Of a DNA stretch of 55,587 bases, positions 45,733 to 55,587 are shown piece by piece. Location of the stretch: the NCBI GenBank assembly GCA_902779285.1, contig CACZAZ010000002.1, positions 1-55,587 on the forward strand, read 5' to 3'. The stretch's first letter is position 1. Each line of letters starts with the position of its first letter. This DNA is from an uncultured Ruminococcus sp. (GTDB lineage Bacteria; Bacillota; Clostridia; Oscillospirales; CAG-272). The position numbers and the translations under genes are program-made. The notes under the pieces were generated by a model, which ran no database searches, was not told the DNA's origin, and saw only the letters and a list, made by a program, of their open reading frames with translations.

Positions 45733-46380
45733 TTGACGGATACAACAAAACGGAAAAGAGGGGCGGTACTGATCCTCTCGCTTCTTCTGATCGCGGTTTT
45801 TACCTATCTCGGCGGACTGTGTTTTTCGATCGGGCGGACGTGGCTGAAGATCCTTCTTTTGGTCCTCGTCAATTACGCCAACGCCGCGGTCGCGCTGATC
45901 GCTATGAAAATAACGGGCGTCAAACCCGAATTTGACCTGAAGAACGTCAGGCAGTACGGGATCGGCGTCGCGATCGCGCTCATACTCTCGCTTGCGATCG
46001 CGTTTGTTCCGGCGCTCTGCGGGTTTTCGCTCGTCGGTCAGCACAGCGATTTCTCGTGGTTTCGGATCGTCTACGGGTTTTTGTTCTATTTTCTTGTCGT
46101 GGGTCCCGTCGAGGAGTTGATCTTCCGGGTCTATCTCCAGGATACGCTGACCTCCTTCTTTATAAAAAGGAAGTATCTCGGCGTGATTCTGGCAGCTCTG
46201 CTCTTCGGGCTGTCGCATCTGATCAACGGCTCGCTCGTACAGGTCCCGTTTACCTTCGGCATCGGGCTTGTGTTCGGGACCTGCCGCTATAAGATCCGGG
46301 ACTGCAAATACCCCGGTTTGGCGGTCGGGCACGGTCTTTACGATTTTCTGAACGAGATCGTCCGCATTTTTATCGTCTGA
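45733..46380 (+). CDS. CPBP (CAAX protease/Abi) intramembrane metalloprotease
   Basis: GPVEELIFR, FGLSH, GHGLYD; GAGGTG RBS with TTG start; promoter TTGCAA-17-TATAAT (45665-45693). Confidence 0.88.
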   Translation: MTDTTKRKRGAVLILSLLLIAVFTYLGGLCFSIGRTWLKILLLVLVNYANAAVALIAMKITGVKPEFDLKNVRQYGIGVAIALILSLAIAFVPALCGFSLVGQHSDFSWFRIVYGFLFYFLVVGPVEELIFRVYLQDTLTSFFIKRKYLGVILAALLFGLSHLINGSLVQVPFTFGIGLVFGTCRYKIRDCKYPGLAVGHGLYDFLNEIVRIFIV

Positions 46381-46381
46381 C

Positions 46382-46418
46382 AAAAAAAACGACCGAAGCG
46401 TTCGCTTCGGTCGTTTTT
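46382..46418. terminator. Bidirectional terminator
   Basis: AAAAAAACGACCGAAGC-GTTC-like loop-GCTTCGGTCGTTTTT. Confidence 0.75.
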
Positions 46419-46430
46419 GATTGTAAAGGA

Positions 46431-47144
46431 TTATTCCTTGTCGGCGGCTTCGGCTTTGTCGGCGTTCAGCACCTTGTAGATCACAGCCGCGAGAGCGGCC
46501 CCCGCAAGCGGCGCGACGATGAACATCCAGACCTGGGCAAGCGCGTCGGTCGTGCCGTCGAAGATCAGGGCGTTCAGCGCGGTCGCAAGACTTCTGGCAG
46601 GGTTGACCGAGGTCCCGGTCAGCGGAATGCCGATCAGGTGGACCAGCGTCAGCGTGAAGCCGATGATCACGCCGGCTTTCTTGCTCGTGCCGGCTTTCTC
46701 GTCGGTGACGTTCAGGATCACGTAGACGAAGACGCAGGTCAGGATGATCTCGGTGAGCAGCGAAGCGACGATCGCGCCGGCATCAAGATCGCCGCCGATC
46801 ACGTAGTTGCACGCGTCGCCGATACGTCCGATACCCGCCATTTTCACGATCCCGAAGATCGCGAGTCCGCCGACGAAGCCGCCGACGATCTGGGCGCAGA
46901 CGTACGCGCAGCACTCGGTCCAGGTCATTCTCCCGGTCAGAGCGCAACCCAGCGACACGGCGGGGTTGATGTGGCAGCCCGACACCCGTCCGACCGAGTA
47001 CGCCATCGCCACGATGACGAGCCCGAAGGTCATCGCCGTCGCAACGAGCGAGCCGCCGGTCAAAGCAGCCACTCCGCAGGCGGCGAAGACGAGGACGAAT
47101 GTCCCGATACATTCCGCAATGAGTTTGTTCAGCAGGTTTTTCAT
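46431..47144 (-). CDS. MIP family channel (aquaporin Z-like)
   Basis: AECIGTF, SGCHINPAVS, GTSVNPARS, W-MFIVAPLAG. Confidence 0.93.
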   Translation of the reverse strand: MKNLLNKLIAECIGTFVLVFAACGVAALTGGSLVATAMTFGLVIVAMAYSVGRVSGCHINPAVSLGCALTGRMTWTECCAYVCAQIVGGFVGGLAIFGIVKMAGIGRIGDACNYVIGGDLDAGAIVASLLTEIILTCVFVYVILNVTDEKAGTSKKAGVIIGFTLTLVHLIGIPLTGTSVNPARSLATALNALIFDGTTDALAQVWMFIVAPLAGAALAAVIYKVLNADKAEAADKE

Positions 47145-47278
47145 AGTTTCCTCCGATTTTTTTGATCCTCCCCCGCGGGGGGAGTCCGGGCGGACTTTTT
47201 CGCCCGCCTTCATTTGTATCATACACCTTTTGCGGGGAAAAGTCAAGGTGTTCGCGGAGACGTTTTAACTTATAACCA

Positions 47279-47314
47279 AAAAGAACTCCGGGCGGACCCG
47301 GAGTTCTTTTTTTG
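47279..47314. terminator. Terminator after nifJ
   Basis: AAAAGAACTCCGGG..CCCGGAGTTCTTTT. Confidence 0.75.
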
Positions 47315-47324
47315 TTTGGAAGAA

Positions 47325-50300
47325 TTACGAATAGAAATCTCCAAACTTCTTGAGGCGCTCGTAGCGGGCCTTCGCGTTGGCTTCCGCCTTGGCGAACAGA
47401 TCCTTCGCTCTTTCGGGGAAGGACTGCGCCAGACGAGCGTACCGCGCTTCGTTCGAGATGAACGCCTGGTAGTCGCCGGTCGGATCCTTGCTGTCGACCG
47501 AGAGTTTGTTGTGCTCGAGGGTCGGGTTGTAGCGGAACATATTCCAGTAGCCCGCCTCGACCGCACGCTTCATCTCCTGCTGGCAGTTCTGCATACCGCC
47601 CTTCTTGATGCCGTGCATCTCGCAGGGAGCGTAGCCGATGATGAGCGACGGTCCGTGGTACGCTTCCGCCTCGGTCAGGGCTTTGAGCAGCTGATTCATA
47701 TCGGCGCCCATCGCGACCTGCGCGACGTAGACGTAGCCGTAGGACATCGCGATCTCCGCGAGGTTCTTCTTGCCGATCGCTTTGCCCGCGGCGGCAAACT
47801 GCGCGACCTGTCCGATATTGGACGCCTTGGACGCCTGTCCGCCGGTGTTGGAGTAGACCTCGGTATCGAAGACCATCACGTTGACGTCCTCACCGGAGGC
47901 GAGAACGTGGTCGAGACCGCCGAAGCCGATATCGTAAGCCCAGCCGTCGCCGCCGAAGATCCAGACCGACTTCTTCGACAGATAATCCTTCTCAAGCAGG
48001 ATCTTCTTGCCGAGTTCGCAGTCGCAGCCCTCGATCGCGGCAACCAGCTTCTTGGTCGCTTCGGTGTTCTTCGCGCCGTCCTCGAAGGTGTCGAGATATT
48101 CGGCGCAAGCCGCCTTGACGTCGTCCTTCTTCGCGTTCGCCGCGAGCTCTTCGACGTAGCCCTTCAGCTTCTCGCGGATGGTCTTCTGTCCGAGGGCAAG
48201 TCCGAGACCGTGCTCGGCGTTGTCTTCAAACAGGGAGTTCGCCCAAGCCGGACCCTTGCCGGTCTCGCGGTTGACGGTGTACGGGGTCGCGGGAGCCGAG
48301 CCGCCCCAGATGGAGGAGCACCCGGTCGCGTTCGAGATATACATCCGCTCGCCGAACAGCTGGGTGATGAGGCGGGCGTAGGAGGTCTCGGCGCAGCCCG
48401 CGCAGGAGCCCGAGAACTCAAGCAGCGGCTGCTTGAACTGGCTTCCCTTGACGGTCGGCGCGATCAGTTCGGGTTTCTCGGACACGTTCGCCACGGCGTA
48501 ATTGAACGCCGCCTGCTGGTCGAGCTGGCTTTCCTGCGGGACCATACGGATCGCGTAATCCGCGGCGCTCGCCTTGACGCCCGCGGCAGCCGCCTTCTTG
48601 TCGGCGCCCTGGTTGACCGGGCAAGCCTTCACGCAGAGGGTGCAGCCCATGCAGTCGAGCGGAGAGACCGCGACGGTGAACTTGTACTCGGTCTTGGCGA
48701 CCGGTTTCGGGGAGAACTTGGTGACCTTCGGAGCCGCCTTCGCCTCGGCAGCCGTCATCGCGAACGGACGGATGGTGGCGTGCGGGCAGACGAAAGAGCA
48801 GTTGTTGCACCCGATGCACTTCTCGGGGTTCCATTCGGGAACGTAGACGGCAACGCCGCGCTTCTCGAACGCAGCGGCGCCCTGCGGGAGCGTACCGTCG
48901 ACGTAGGGAACGAACGCGGAGACGGGCAGACTGTCGCCGTCCATCTTGCCGACGGGGGTGACGATCTTGTTGACGAACTCGGCGAGTTCGGGGCGATCGG
49001 ACTTGACGGGTTTCTCCGCCTTATCCTTGCCCGCGTTCTTCCACGCCTCGGGGATCTTGACCTCGACCAGCGCCCCGGCGCCCTGCTCGATCGCCTTGTG
49101 GTTCTGCGCGACGACGTCCTCGCCGAACTTGGAGTAGGACTTGGTCGCCATGTACTTCATGTAGTTGATCGCGTCCGCGGTGGGCAGGATCTTCGCGAGG
49201 GCGAAGAAAGCCGACTGAAGCACGGTGTTCTTGACCTTCGGGTTGCCGACCTCTTTCGCGGCGATCGCGGTCGCGTTGATGATGTAAAACTTCACGCCGT
49301 TGTTCGCGATGTAGGACTTGACCGAGTTCGGCAGGTGCTTGTCGAGATCCGCCTCGGTCCACTGGCAGTCGAGCAGGAAGGTGCCGCCCGGCTTGACGTC
49401 CTGCACGATCTTGTAGCCCTTCAGGATGTACGCCACGTTATGGCAGGCGACGAAGTTCGCCTTCGTGATGTAGTAGGGCGCCTTGATCGGCTTGTCGCCG
49501 AAACGCAGGTGCGAGATGGTGATACCGCCGGTCTTCTTCGAGTCGTACTGGAAGTACGCCTGAATGAACTTGTCGGTGTGGTCGCCGATGATCTTGATGG
49601 AGTTCTTGTTCGCGCCGACGGTGCCGTCGCCGCCCAGCCCCCAGAACTTGCAGGCGATGGTCCCCGCGGGAGCGGTGTCGGGAGCGACCTTCTCGGGAAG
49701 CGAAAGCCCGGTCACGTCGTCCTTGATGCCGATGGTGAAGTTGTGCTTCGGCTCTCTCTTCTTCAGGTTCTCGTAAACCGCGAAGATGGACGCCGGGGTG
49801 GTGTCCTTCGAACCCAGACCGTATCTGCCGCCCACGACCTTCGCCTTCACGCCGGTCTGCGCCAGCGCCGCGACGACGTCGAGGTAGAGCGGCTCGCCGA
49901 GAGCGCCGGCTTCCTTGGTTCTGTCAAGGACGGCGATCTTCTTCGCGCTCTGCGGAATTGCTTCCGCGAGTTTCGCGGCGACGAACGGACGGTAGAGACG
50001 GACCTTGATAAGACCGACCTTCTCGCCGGCGGCGAGCATATAGTCGATCACTTCCTCCGCCACGTCGCAGACCGAGCCCATCGCGATGATCACGCGGTCG
50101 GCGTCGGGCGCGCCGTAGTAGTTGAAGAGTTTATAGTCGGTGCCGAGTTTGGCGTTGACCTTGCCCATGTACTCCTCGACGATCGCGGGGAGCGCGTCGT
50201 AGTAGGAGTTGCACGCCTCGCGGTGCTGGAAGAAGATATCGCCGTTCTCAGCCGAGCCGCGCAGCACGGGATGCTCGGGGTTGATGGAGCGCTCGCGGAA

Positions 50301-50933
50301 CGCCTTGATCGCGTCCCAGTCGACCATCTCGGCAAGATCCTTGTAATCCCACGCCTCGATCTTCTGGATCTCGTGCGAGGTACGGAAACCGTCGAAGAAG
50401 TTGATGAACGGAACTCTGCCCTTGATGGTCGCGAGGTGCGCGACGGCGCCGAGGTCCATGATCTCCTGCTGGTTGGATTCCGCGAGCATCGCAAAACCGG
50501 TCTGACGGCAGGCGTAGACGTCGGAATGATCGCCGAAGATGTTCAGCGCGTGCGAGGCGACGCAGCGAGCCGAAACGTGGATGACGCAGGGGAGCAGTTC
50601 GCCCGCGATCTTATACATGTTGGGGATCATCAGAAGAAGCCCCTGGGACGCGGTGTAGGTGGTGGTCAGAGCGCCCGCGGCAAGCGAGCCGTGCACGGCG
50701 CCCGCGGCGCCCGCCTCCGACTGCATCTCCATAACCTTGACTTTCTCTCCGAAGATGTTTCTTGCGGGGCCGCCGAAAATGTTCTTATCGGTCGCGCTCC
50801 AGGTGTCGGTCACTTCTGCCATGGGGCTGGAAGGAGTGATCGGGTAGATGGCAGCGACCTCGGTGAACGCGTACGAAACGTGCGCCGCCGCGGTGTTGCC
50901 GTCCATGGAAATCTTTTTTCTTTCGATCGCCAT
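47325..50933 (-). CDS. nifJ: Pyruvate:ferredoxin (flavodoxin) oxidoreductase
   Basis: AAIYPITPSSPM, EMQSEAGAAG, GLGGDGTV, CIGCNNCSFVCPH, CMGCTLCVKACP, FSGSCAGC, GGDGWAYDIG, YSNTGGQ. Confidence 0.97.
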   Translation of the reverse strand: MAIERKKISMDGNTAAAHVSYAFTEVAAIYPITPSSPMAEVTDTWSATDKNIFGGPARNIFGEKVKVMEMQSEAGAAGAVHGSLAAGALTTTYTASQGLLLMIPNMYKIAGELLPCVIHVSARCVASHALNIFGDHSDVYACRQTGFAMLAESNQQEIMDLGAVAHLATIKGRVPFINFFDGFRTSHEIQKIEAWDYKDLAEMVDWDAIKAFRERSINPEHPVLRGSAENGDIFFQHREACNSYYDALPAIVEEYMGKVNAKLGTDYKLFNYYGAPDADRVIIAMGSVCDVAEEVIDYMLAAGEKVGLIKVRLYRPFVAAKLAEAIPQSAKKIAVLDRTKEAGALGEPLYLDVVAALAQTGVKAKVVGGRYGLGSKDTTPASIFAVYENLKKREPKHNFTIGIKDDVTGLSLPEKVAPDTAPAGTIACKFWGLGGDGTVGANKNSIKIIGDHTDKFIQAYFQYDSKKTGGITISHLRFGDKPIKAPYYITKANFVACHNVAYILKGYKIVQDVKPGGTFLLDCQWTEADLDKHLPNSVKSYIANNGVKFYIINATAIAAKEVGNPKVKNTVLQSAFFALAKILPTADAINYMKYMATKSYSKFGEDVVAQNHKAIEQGAGALVEVKIPEAWKNAGKDKAEKPVKSDRPELAEFVNKIVTPVGKMDGDSLPVSAFVPYVDGTLPQGAAAFEKRGVAVYVPEWNPEKCIGCNNCSFVCPHATIRPFAMTAAEAKAAPKVTKFSPKPVAKTEYKFTVAVSPLDCMGCTLCVKACPVNQGADKKAAAAGVKASAADYAIRMVPQESQLDQQAAFNYAVANVSEKPELIAPTVKGSQFKQPLLEFSGSCAGCAETSYARLITQLFGERMYISNATGCSSIWGGSAPATPYTVNRETGKGPAWANSLFEDNAEHGLGLALGQKTIREKLKGYVEELAANAKKDDVKAACAEYLDTFEDGAKNTEATKKLVAAIEGCDCELGKKILLEKDYLSKKSVWIFGGDGWAYDIGFGGLDHVLASGEDVNVMVFDTEVYSNTGGQASKASNIGQVAQFAAAGKAIGKKNLAEIAMSYGYVYVAQVAMGADMNQLLKALTEAEAYHGPSLIIGYAPCEMHGIKKGGMQNCQQEMKRAVEAGYWNMFRYNPTLEHNKLSVDSKDPTGDYQAFISNEARYARLAQSFPERAKDLFAKAEANAKARYERLKKFGDFYS

Positions 50934-51180
50934 TTTTCTTCCTCCGTTTATTATTTATCAATCTGAATAGGATCACAAATTAATCCAGATAGCATTATAG
51001 CACACCCGTCCCGAAAAGTAAAGGGGTTTTCTTTTCCTTTTCCTAAAAAAATACGCGCGCCCGCGCGAGAACTTTCCCCGCGATCTCCCCCGCCTTTTCC
51101 GCGGGTGCGTTTCGTACCTTGACTAATTCCGATCATTCTTCTATAATTAAGTTGAAACAAAACGTCAACGGGAGGTCGTT

Positions 51181-52308
51181 ATGAAGCTGCGCGCCGTTTC
51201 TTTCGTATTGCTCCTCGCCACGGGGCTTCTTTTGCTCGCGTCGTGCGGTCCGGCTCCAAAGACCGCGGACGTATCCACAGCGCCTGCAACCGAAGGGCAG
51301 ACCTACACGCTCCAAGCCAACGCCGAGGGGAAAGTCGAAAACGGGCGGATCGAGCAATTCTATACCGACCGGGCGCCGGCGTCGGTCACGGGGGAGGCGA
51401 TCGCGCAATACATCGCCGACGACCGCTCCTCCGACGCGCTCGCAGAGCTCTATGCCGACGCGGACGAGGTTTCGTCGCTCCCGATCCTCGGGACGTACCT
51501 TGAAAAAACGTCACTCTTCGTGTGCCTGTTCAAAAAGCAGGGCGAGTTGATCGGGGCGCACGCTCTCGCACTCGATCCCGACGGGAGCGTGACGGGGGAA
51601 CTCTCAGCTCTGCTCGGGGGAACCGTCGGAACGCCGTTTGCAGACGCCACCTGTTTTGAAAAAATCTCCGCTTGTCTCTCGGCGTATCCCGATTTTGAAA
51701 TCCTCGGCGTCGTGTATCAGGATCCGGGGCTGTCGCGGATCTATCCCGTCGGGAAGAACGCGGAGGACGATCGGATCCTGTATTACGAAAACGAACTGAC
51801 GGAATTCCGGCTGGTGGAGCCCTTTTCCACGATTGAAGACGGTCGGGCGGCGTTCGACGCTTACTGGGCGTTTAAAGCAACCGTTCTTTCCTCTCTCCAA
51901 ATTTTTGAATGGACAAACTATGATCGGTATCCCTACATCAACAAGTACAGGTATCAGGACGTTTGTTCTTCCGGCGCGGACGCAGCATCCTATCAGTATC
52001 TGTATGACTCCGATTGGTATTTGCTTGTTCCGTTGCTGAACACGGACGGCGAAGAAGGTGATTGCGCGTTATATTTGCTTTATCAAAACAACAAACTGAT
52101 CGCCGAAACGATATTGCAAGTCGATCCGGACGGAGTTATCCGCGCCGCCAAAGAACGCGTCTCCGAAAAAGACCCCGCGACCGGCAAGTATATCGGGCTC
52201 GACGGGATCGACTACGCGACCGAGTGCGAAAGGATCCTGCCGTCCGACAAAACGACCGTCAAGGGGATCGGTTTTGACGGCGAGAACTATTTCGTCGTAT
52301 ACCGCTGA
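51181..52308 (+). CDS. Hypothetical lipoprotein
   Basis: Lipobox LLLASC; GGGAGG RBS; promoter TTGACT..TATAAT; no recognised family. Confidence 0.75.
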   Translation: MKLRAVSFVLLLATGLLLLASCGPAPKTADVSTAPATEGQTYTLQANAEGKVENGRIEQFYTDRAPASVTGEAIAQYIADDRSSDALAELYADADEVSSLPILGTYLEKTSLFVCLFKKQGELIGAHALALDPDGSVTGELSALLGGTVGTPFADATCFEKISACLSAYPDFEILGVVYQDPGLSRIYPVGKNAEDDRILYYENELTEFRLVEPFSTIEDGRAAFDAYWAFKATVLSSLQIFEWTNYDRYPYINKYRYQDVCSSGADAASYQYLYDSDWYLLVPLLNTDGEEGDCALYLLYQNNKLIAETILQVDPDGVIRAAKERVSEKDPATGKYIGLDGIDYATECERILPSDKTTVKGIGFDGENYFVVYR

Positions 52309-52320
52309 TCCCCTCACTTT

Positions 52321-52352
52321 AAAAAACCTCCCTTTGCGGGAGGTTTTTTGTT
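52321..52352. terminator. Intrinsic terminator
   Basis: AAAAAACCTCCC-TTTGC-GGGAGGTTTTTT. Confidence 0.75.
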
Positions 52353-52448
52353 TTGGATCATGGGATTTCTTCTTTTCTCTTGACAAATCGAAAAGAGGAA
52401 AGGTATAATAACCATATATATAGCATCCCCCGAAAGAAAGGCAAAACT

Positions 52449-53639
52449 ATGGACTACCGTTTTTCCTCGGCGTTTGCGAATCTGGCGCCGTCCGCGATCC
52501 GCGAGATCTTAAAGAACGCGGGCGACCCGTCGGTGATCGCGTTCGCCGCCGGCAACCCCAACGCCGCGTCCTTCCCGCTGGAAGATATCCGGCAACTGAC
52601 GTCGGACATCCTCGACCGGAACGGCCCCGCCGCCCTGCAGTACGGGACGACCGAGGGCTATACCCCCTTGCGCGAAGCGGTCGCCCGTCGGCAGAAGGAG
52701 CGCTTTCACGTCGGGCGCGATTTCGACGACGTACTGATCACGTCCGGCGGTCAGCAGGCGCTGGAACTTGCCTGCCGCGTGTTCTGCGATCCCGGCGACG
52801 CGGTGATCTGCGAGGACCCGAGTTTCATCGGCGCGCTGAACGCGTTCCGCGGGGTCGGCGCACGGGTGGTCGGCGTTCCGCTCGGACGCGACGGGATGGA
52901 TATCGCGATCCTGGAGGAAAAACTGAAGAGCGAGCCCCGCGCCCGCCTGATCTACGTTATCTCGAACTTCCAGAACCCCGCCGGGATCTGCACCTCGCTT
53001 GCAAAGCGGAAAGAGATCTATCGGCTGGCGAAGCAGTACGGCGTGATGATCCTGGAGGACAACCCGTACGGGGAACTCCGCTTCTCGGGCGAGGATATCC
53101 CGACCATCAAGAGCATGGACGAAGACGGGATCGTGGTCTACGCCTCCTCGTTTTCGAAGATCCTCTCGTCGGGGATGCGGGTCGGATTCGCCGTCGCGCC
53201 GAAGGCGGCGATCGCGAAGATGACCGTCTGCAAGCAGACCGAGGACGTGCATACCAACCTGCTCTTCCAGATGCTCTGCCACCGCTTTATGACCGAGCGC
53301 GATTTTGACGCGCACGTGAAGACCATTCGCGATCTTTACCGCAAGAAGTGCGAGATCATGCTCGGGGCGATGGAGTTCAGCTTCCCCGCCGCGGTCGAAT
53401 TCACCCGACCCGAGGGAGGGCTCTTCGTCTGGTGCACGCTGCCCGAAAAGATCGATCTGCTCTCCTTCGTGAAAGCCGCGATGGAGAAAAAGGTCGCCGT
53501 CGTGCCGGGTACGGCGTTCGCCACCGACACGCAAAAATACACCGCGCACTCCTTCCGCGTGACCTACGCGACCCCGACCGACGAGCAGCTCGCAGAGGGC
53601 GTTTCGATCCTCGGGGAGATCGCGCGGGAAATGACGTAA
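52449..53639 (+). CDS. PLP-dependent class I aminotransferase (LysN/Aro8-like)
   Basis: PSAIREIL, QYGTTEG, ITSGGQQAL, FQNPAG, EDNPYG, SFSKILSSGMRVG, PEGGLFVW; promoter TTGACA-18-TATAAT. Confidence 0.9.
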   Translation: MDYRFSSAFANLAPSAIREILKNAGDPSVIAFAAGNPNAASFPLEDIRQLTSDILDRNGPAALQYGTTEGYTPLREAVARRQKERFHVGRDFDDVLITSGGQQALELACRVFCDPGDAVICEDPSFIGALNAFRGVGARVVGVPLGRDGMDIAILEEKLKSEPRARLIYVISNFQNPAGICTSLAKRKEIYRLAKQYGVMILEDNPYGELRFSGEDIPTIKSMDEDGIVVYASSFSKILSSGMRVGFAVAPKAAIAKMTVCKQTEDVHTNLLFQMLCHRFMTERDFDAHVKTIRDLYRKKCEIMLGAMEFSFPAAVEFTRPEGGLFVWCTLPEKIDLLSFVKAAMEKKVAVVPGTAFATDTQKYTAHSFRVTYATPTDEQLAEGVSILGEIAREMT

Positions 53640-53654
53640 CTTTGGAGATTTGAT

Positions 53655-54650
53655 ATGATTGGAGACTTGAAAACGGTTTTGTCCGGGGTACAGCCCTCGG
53701 GAAATCTGACCATCGGAAACTATCTGGGGGCGATCAAGAATTTTTCCGCGTTCGCGGGGGAATACAAGCCCTTTTACTGCGTCGTCGACCTGCACGCGAT
53801 CACCGTCCGGCAGGTCCCCGCGGAGTTGCGCCGCCGCACCTACGAGACGCTGGCGCTCTATATCGCGTCGGGGCTGGATCCCGAGAAGAACGTCCTGTTC
53901 GTCCAGTCGCACGTGCCGGCGCACGCCGAACTCGGCTGGATCCTCGACTGCTACACCATGTTCGGGGAACTCTCGCGCATGACGCAGTTCAAGGATAAGA
54001 GCGCGAAGCACGCCGACAACATCAACGCGGGGCTTTTCACCTATCCGACCCTGATGGCGGCGGATATCCTGCTCTATCAAGCCGATCTCGTCCCGATCGG
54101 CGCCGACCAGAAGCAGCACCTGGAACTCGCCCGCAATATCGCGGACCGCTTCAACCAGGTCTACGGCGAGACCTTTACCGTGCCGGAGCCCTATATCCCG
54201 AAGTCGGGAATGAAGATCATGTCGCTGCAGGAGCCGACCCTCAAAATGTCGAAGTCGGACCCCAACCCGAACGCCGTCGTCCGCATCCTCGACCCCCGCG
54301 ACGAGATCCTCCGCAAGTTCAAACGCGCCGTCACCGATTCGGGCGCGGAGGTCCGCTTCTCCCCCGACAAGCCCGGCGTCTCGAATCTGATGACCATCTA
54401 TTCCTGCTTCTCCGGCAAATCGTTCGACGAGATCGAAGCGGAGTTTGCCGGCAAGGGTTACGGCGATTTCAAAGCCGCCGTAGGGGAGGTCACGGCGGAC
54501 GCGCTGCTCCCCGTGCAGAACGAGTTCAACCGCTTGATGGGCGACAAAACGTACCTCGAATCCGTGATGAGATCCGGCGCCGAGCAGGCGTCGTACTACG
54601 CCCGCAAGACCCTCTCCAAAGTCCGTCGCAAGATCGGCTTCGTCAACTGA
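53655..54650 (+). CDS. trpS: Tryptophanyl-tRNA synthetase
   Basis: SGVQPSGNLTIGNY, VDLHAIT, FVQSHV, YPTLMAADILLY, VPIGADQKQHLE, KMSKS. Confidence 0.97.
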   Translation: MIGDLKTVLSGVQPSGNLTIGNYLGAIKNFSAFAGEYKPFYCVVDLHAITVRQVPAELRRRTYETLALYIASGLDPEKNVLFVQSHVPAHAELGWILDCYTMFGELSRMTQFKDKSAKHADNINAGLFTYPTLMAADILLYQADLVPIGADQKQHLELARNIADRFNQVYGETFTVPEPYIPKSGMKIMSLQEPTLKMSKSDPNPNAVVRILDPRDEILRKFKRAVTDSGAEVRFSPDKPGVSNLMTIYSCFSGKSFDEIEAEFAGKGYGDFKAAVGEVTADALLPVQNEFNRLMGDKTYLESVMRSGAEQASYYARKTLSKVRRKIGFVN

Positions 54651-54656
54651 AACAAC

Positions 54657-54774
54657 GCCGCGCACACCGAACTCGGTGTGCGCGGCAATTCATGACGGCG
54701 TAGCCGTCAATTCATGCGGGCTTGCCCGCAATTCACGACGCCCCGACGGGAATCCCGTCGGGGCGTCAATTCAT
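54657..54774. repeat. Array of four hairpins separated by AATTCA(T/C) linkers
   Basis: Hairpins 54657-54686, 54694-54708, 54716-54729, 54737-54767, each followed by AATTCA[T/C]. Confidence 0.75.
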
Positions 54775-54789
54775 TTATCGCGGTCCGGA

Positions 54790-55587
54790 TTATCTCTGAA
54801 CTCTGCCGCTGCCCGATCCGCCGGCGAGAGCTTTCACCTCGTCGACCGTGACCATATTGTAGTCGCCCTGGATCGAGTGCTTGAGACACGACGCCGCGAC
54901 CGCGAACTCGATCGCCTCCTGCGTGGAATAACCCGACAGGAGCGCGTAGATCAGACCGCCGCCGAAGCTGTCGCCGCCGCCGACGCGGTCGACGATGTGC
55001 ATGTGGTACGACTTCGAGAAGCAGTAGTCCTTGCCGTCGTAGAGCAGACCCGCCCAGTCGTTGTCGTTCGCGGAGATCGAGGAACGGAGGGTGATCGCGA
55101 CCTTCTTGAAGCCGAACTTGTCCGCGAGCTGCCGCGCCACGCTCTTGTAGCCCTCGTGGTTGAGCTTGCCGCTGTCGATATCGGTGTTCTCCGCGTCGAT
55201 GCCGAAGACGTCGTGCGCGTCCTCCTCGTTCGAGATGCAGACGTCGACGTAGTCCATCAGTTTGGTCATGGTCGCGCGCGCTTCGTCGCGGGTCCAGAGC
55301 TTCTTGCGGTAGTTGAGGTCGCAGGAGACGGTCAGCCCCTTCGCCTTCGCCGCCTTGCACGCCTCGAGGGTGATCGCGGCGACCGAGGGATTCAAAGCCG
55401 GGGTGATGCCGGTGAAGTGGAACCAATCGGCTCCGTCAAAGATCGCGTCCCAATCGAAATCCGCGGCGGACGCGGTCGCGATCGAGGAGCCCGCGCGGTC
55501 ATAGATGACCTTCGAGGGACGCTGGCTCGCGCCCTTCTCGCAGTAGTAGACACCGATACGGTCGCCGCCGCGCACGATCTTCGAGGT
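54790..55587 (-). CDS. kdgK: 2-keto-3-deoxygluconate kinase (PfkB family), 5' end beyond window
   Basis: GVYYCEKGASQRPSKVIYDRA, WFHFTGITPAL, SCDLNYRKKLW, IVDRVGGGDSF. Confidence 0.9.
   Translation of the reverse strand, partial: TSKIVRGGDRIGVYYCEKGASQRPSKVIYDRAGSSIATASAADFDWDAIFDGADWFHFTGITPALNPSVAAITLEACKAAKAKGLTVSCDLNYRKKLWTRDEARATMTKLMDYVDVCISNEEDAHDVFGIDAENTDIDSGKLNHEGYKSVARQLADKFGFKKVAITLRSSISANDNDWAGLLYDGKDYCFSKSYHMHIVDRVGGGDSFGGGLIYALLSGYSTQEAIEFAVAASCLKHSIQGDYNMVTVDEVKALAGGSGSGRVQR

Noticed and set aside
53640-53654. T-box upstream of trpS
   Set aside because: Only 15 nt separate trpS from the upstream aminotransferase; no room for a T-box.
47214-54665. Antisense ORFs 47214..50966 + and 52509..54665 -
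   Set aside because: Shadows of nifJ and of the aminotransferase/trpS genes.

Overview
High-GC (about 60-65% by eye) chromosomal segment of a spore-forming, probably anaerobic Clostridia-class bacterium (PFOR, SpoVM-like and SafA/CAP-like genes, canonical sigma-A promoters). No integrase, transposase, prophage or CRISPR-Cas was seen. Most of the window is housekeeping and carbohydrate genes: MacB-type ABC fusion, GT2, GH2, GH43, GH36, uxaC, kdgK, ileS, trpS, prfC, dusB, nifJ, aquaporin, tRNA-Leu(TAA) and an SbcD/SbcC-like YhaO/YhaN pair. The best candidate for an undescribed system is at 6566-9545. A diverged, full-length rpoA lies outside the ribosomal alpha operon. It, an HTH-like gene and a vWA gene are each preceded by the same dyad, GTCGC-N7-GCGAC, exactly 21 bp upstream of a -10 hexamer (centre near -42, class II activator geometry), suggesting an inducible regulon that supplies an alternative RNAP alpha subunit. 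Other notable items: a preQ1-I-like riboswitch over a VUT/YhhQ transporter coupled to an SDR; a 19-unit T-tract array phased at 10.4 bp; a 1350-aa repeat surface protein; a TetR-MFS-alpha-galactosidase-glycosyltransferase operon; an AT-rich DUF4238-like gene coupled to a native gene; a non-canonical HHGT motif in IleRS; and two intergenic hairpin arrays with fixed linkers. Family assignments are from recognised motifs only; no database was searched.
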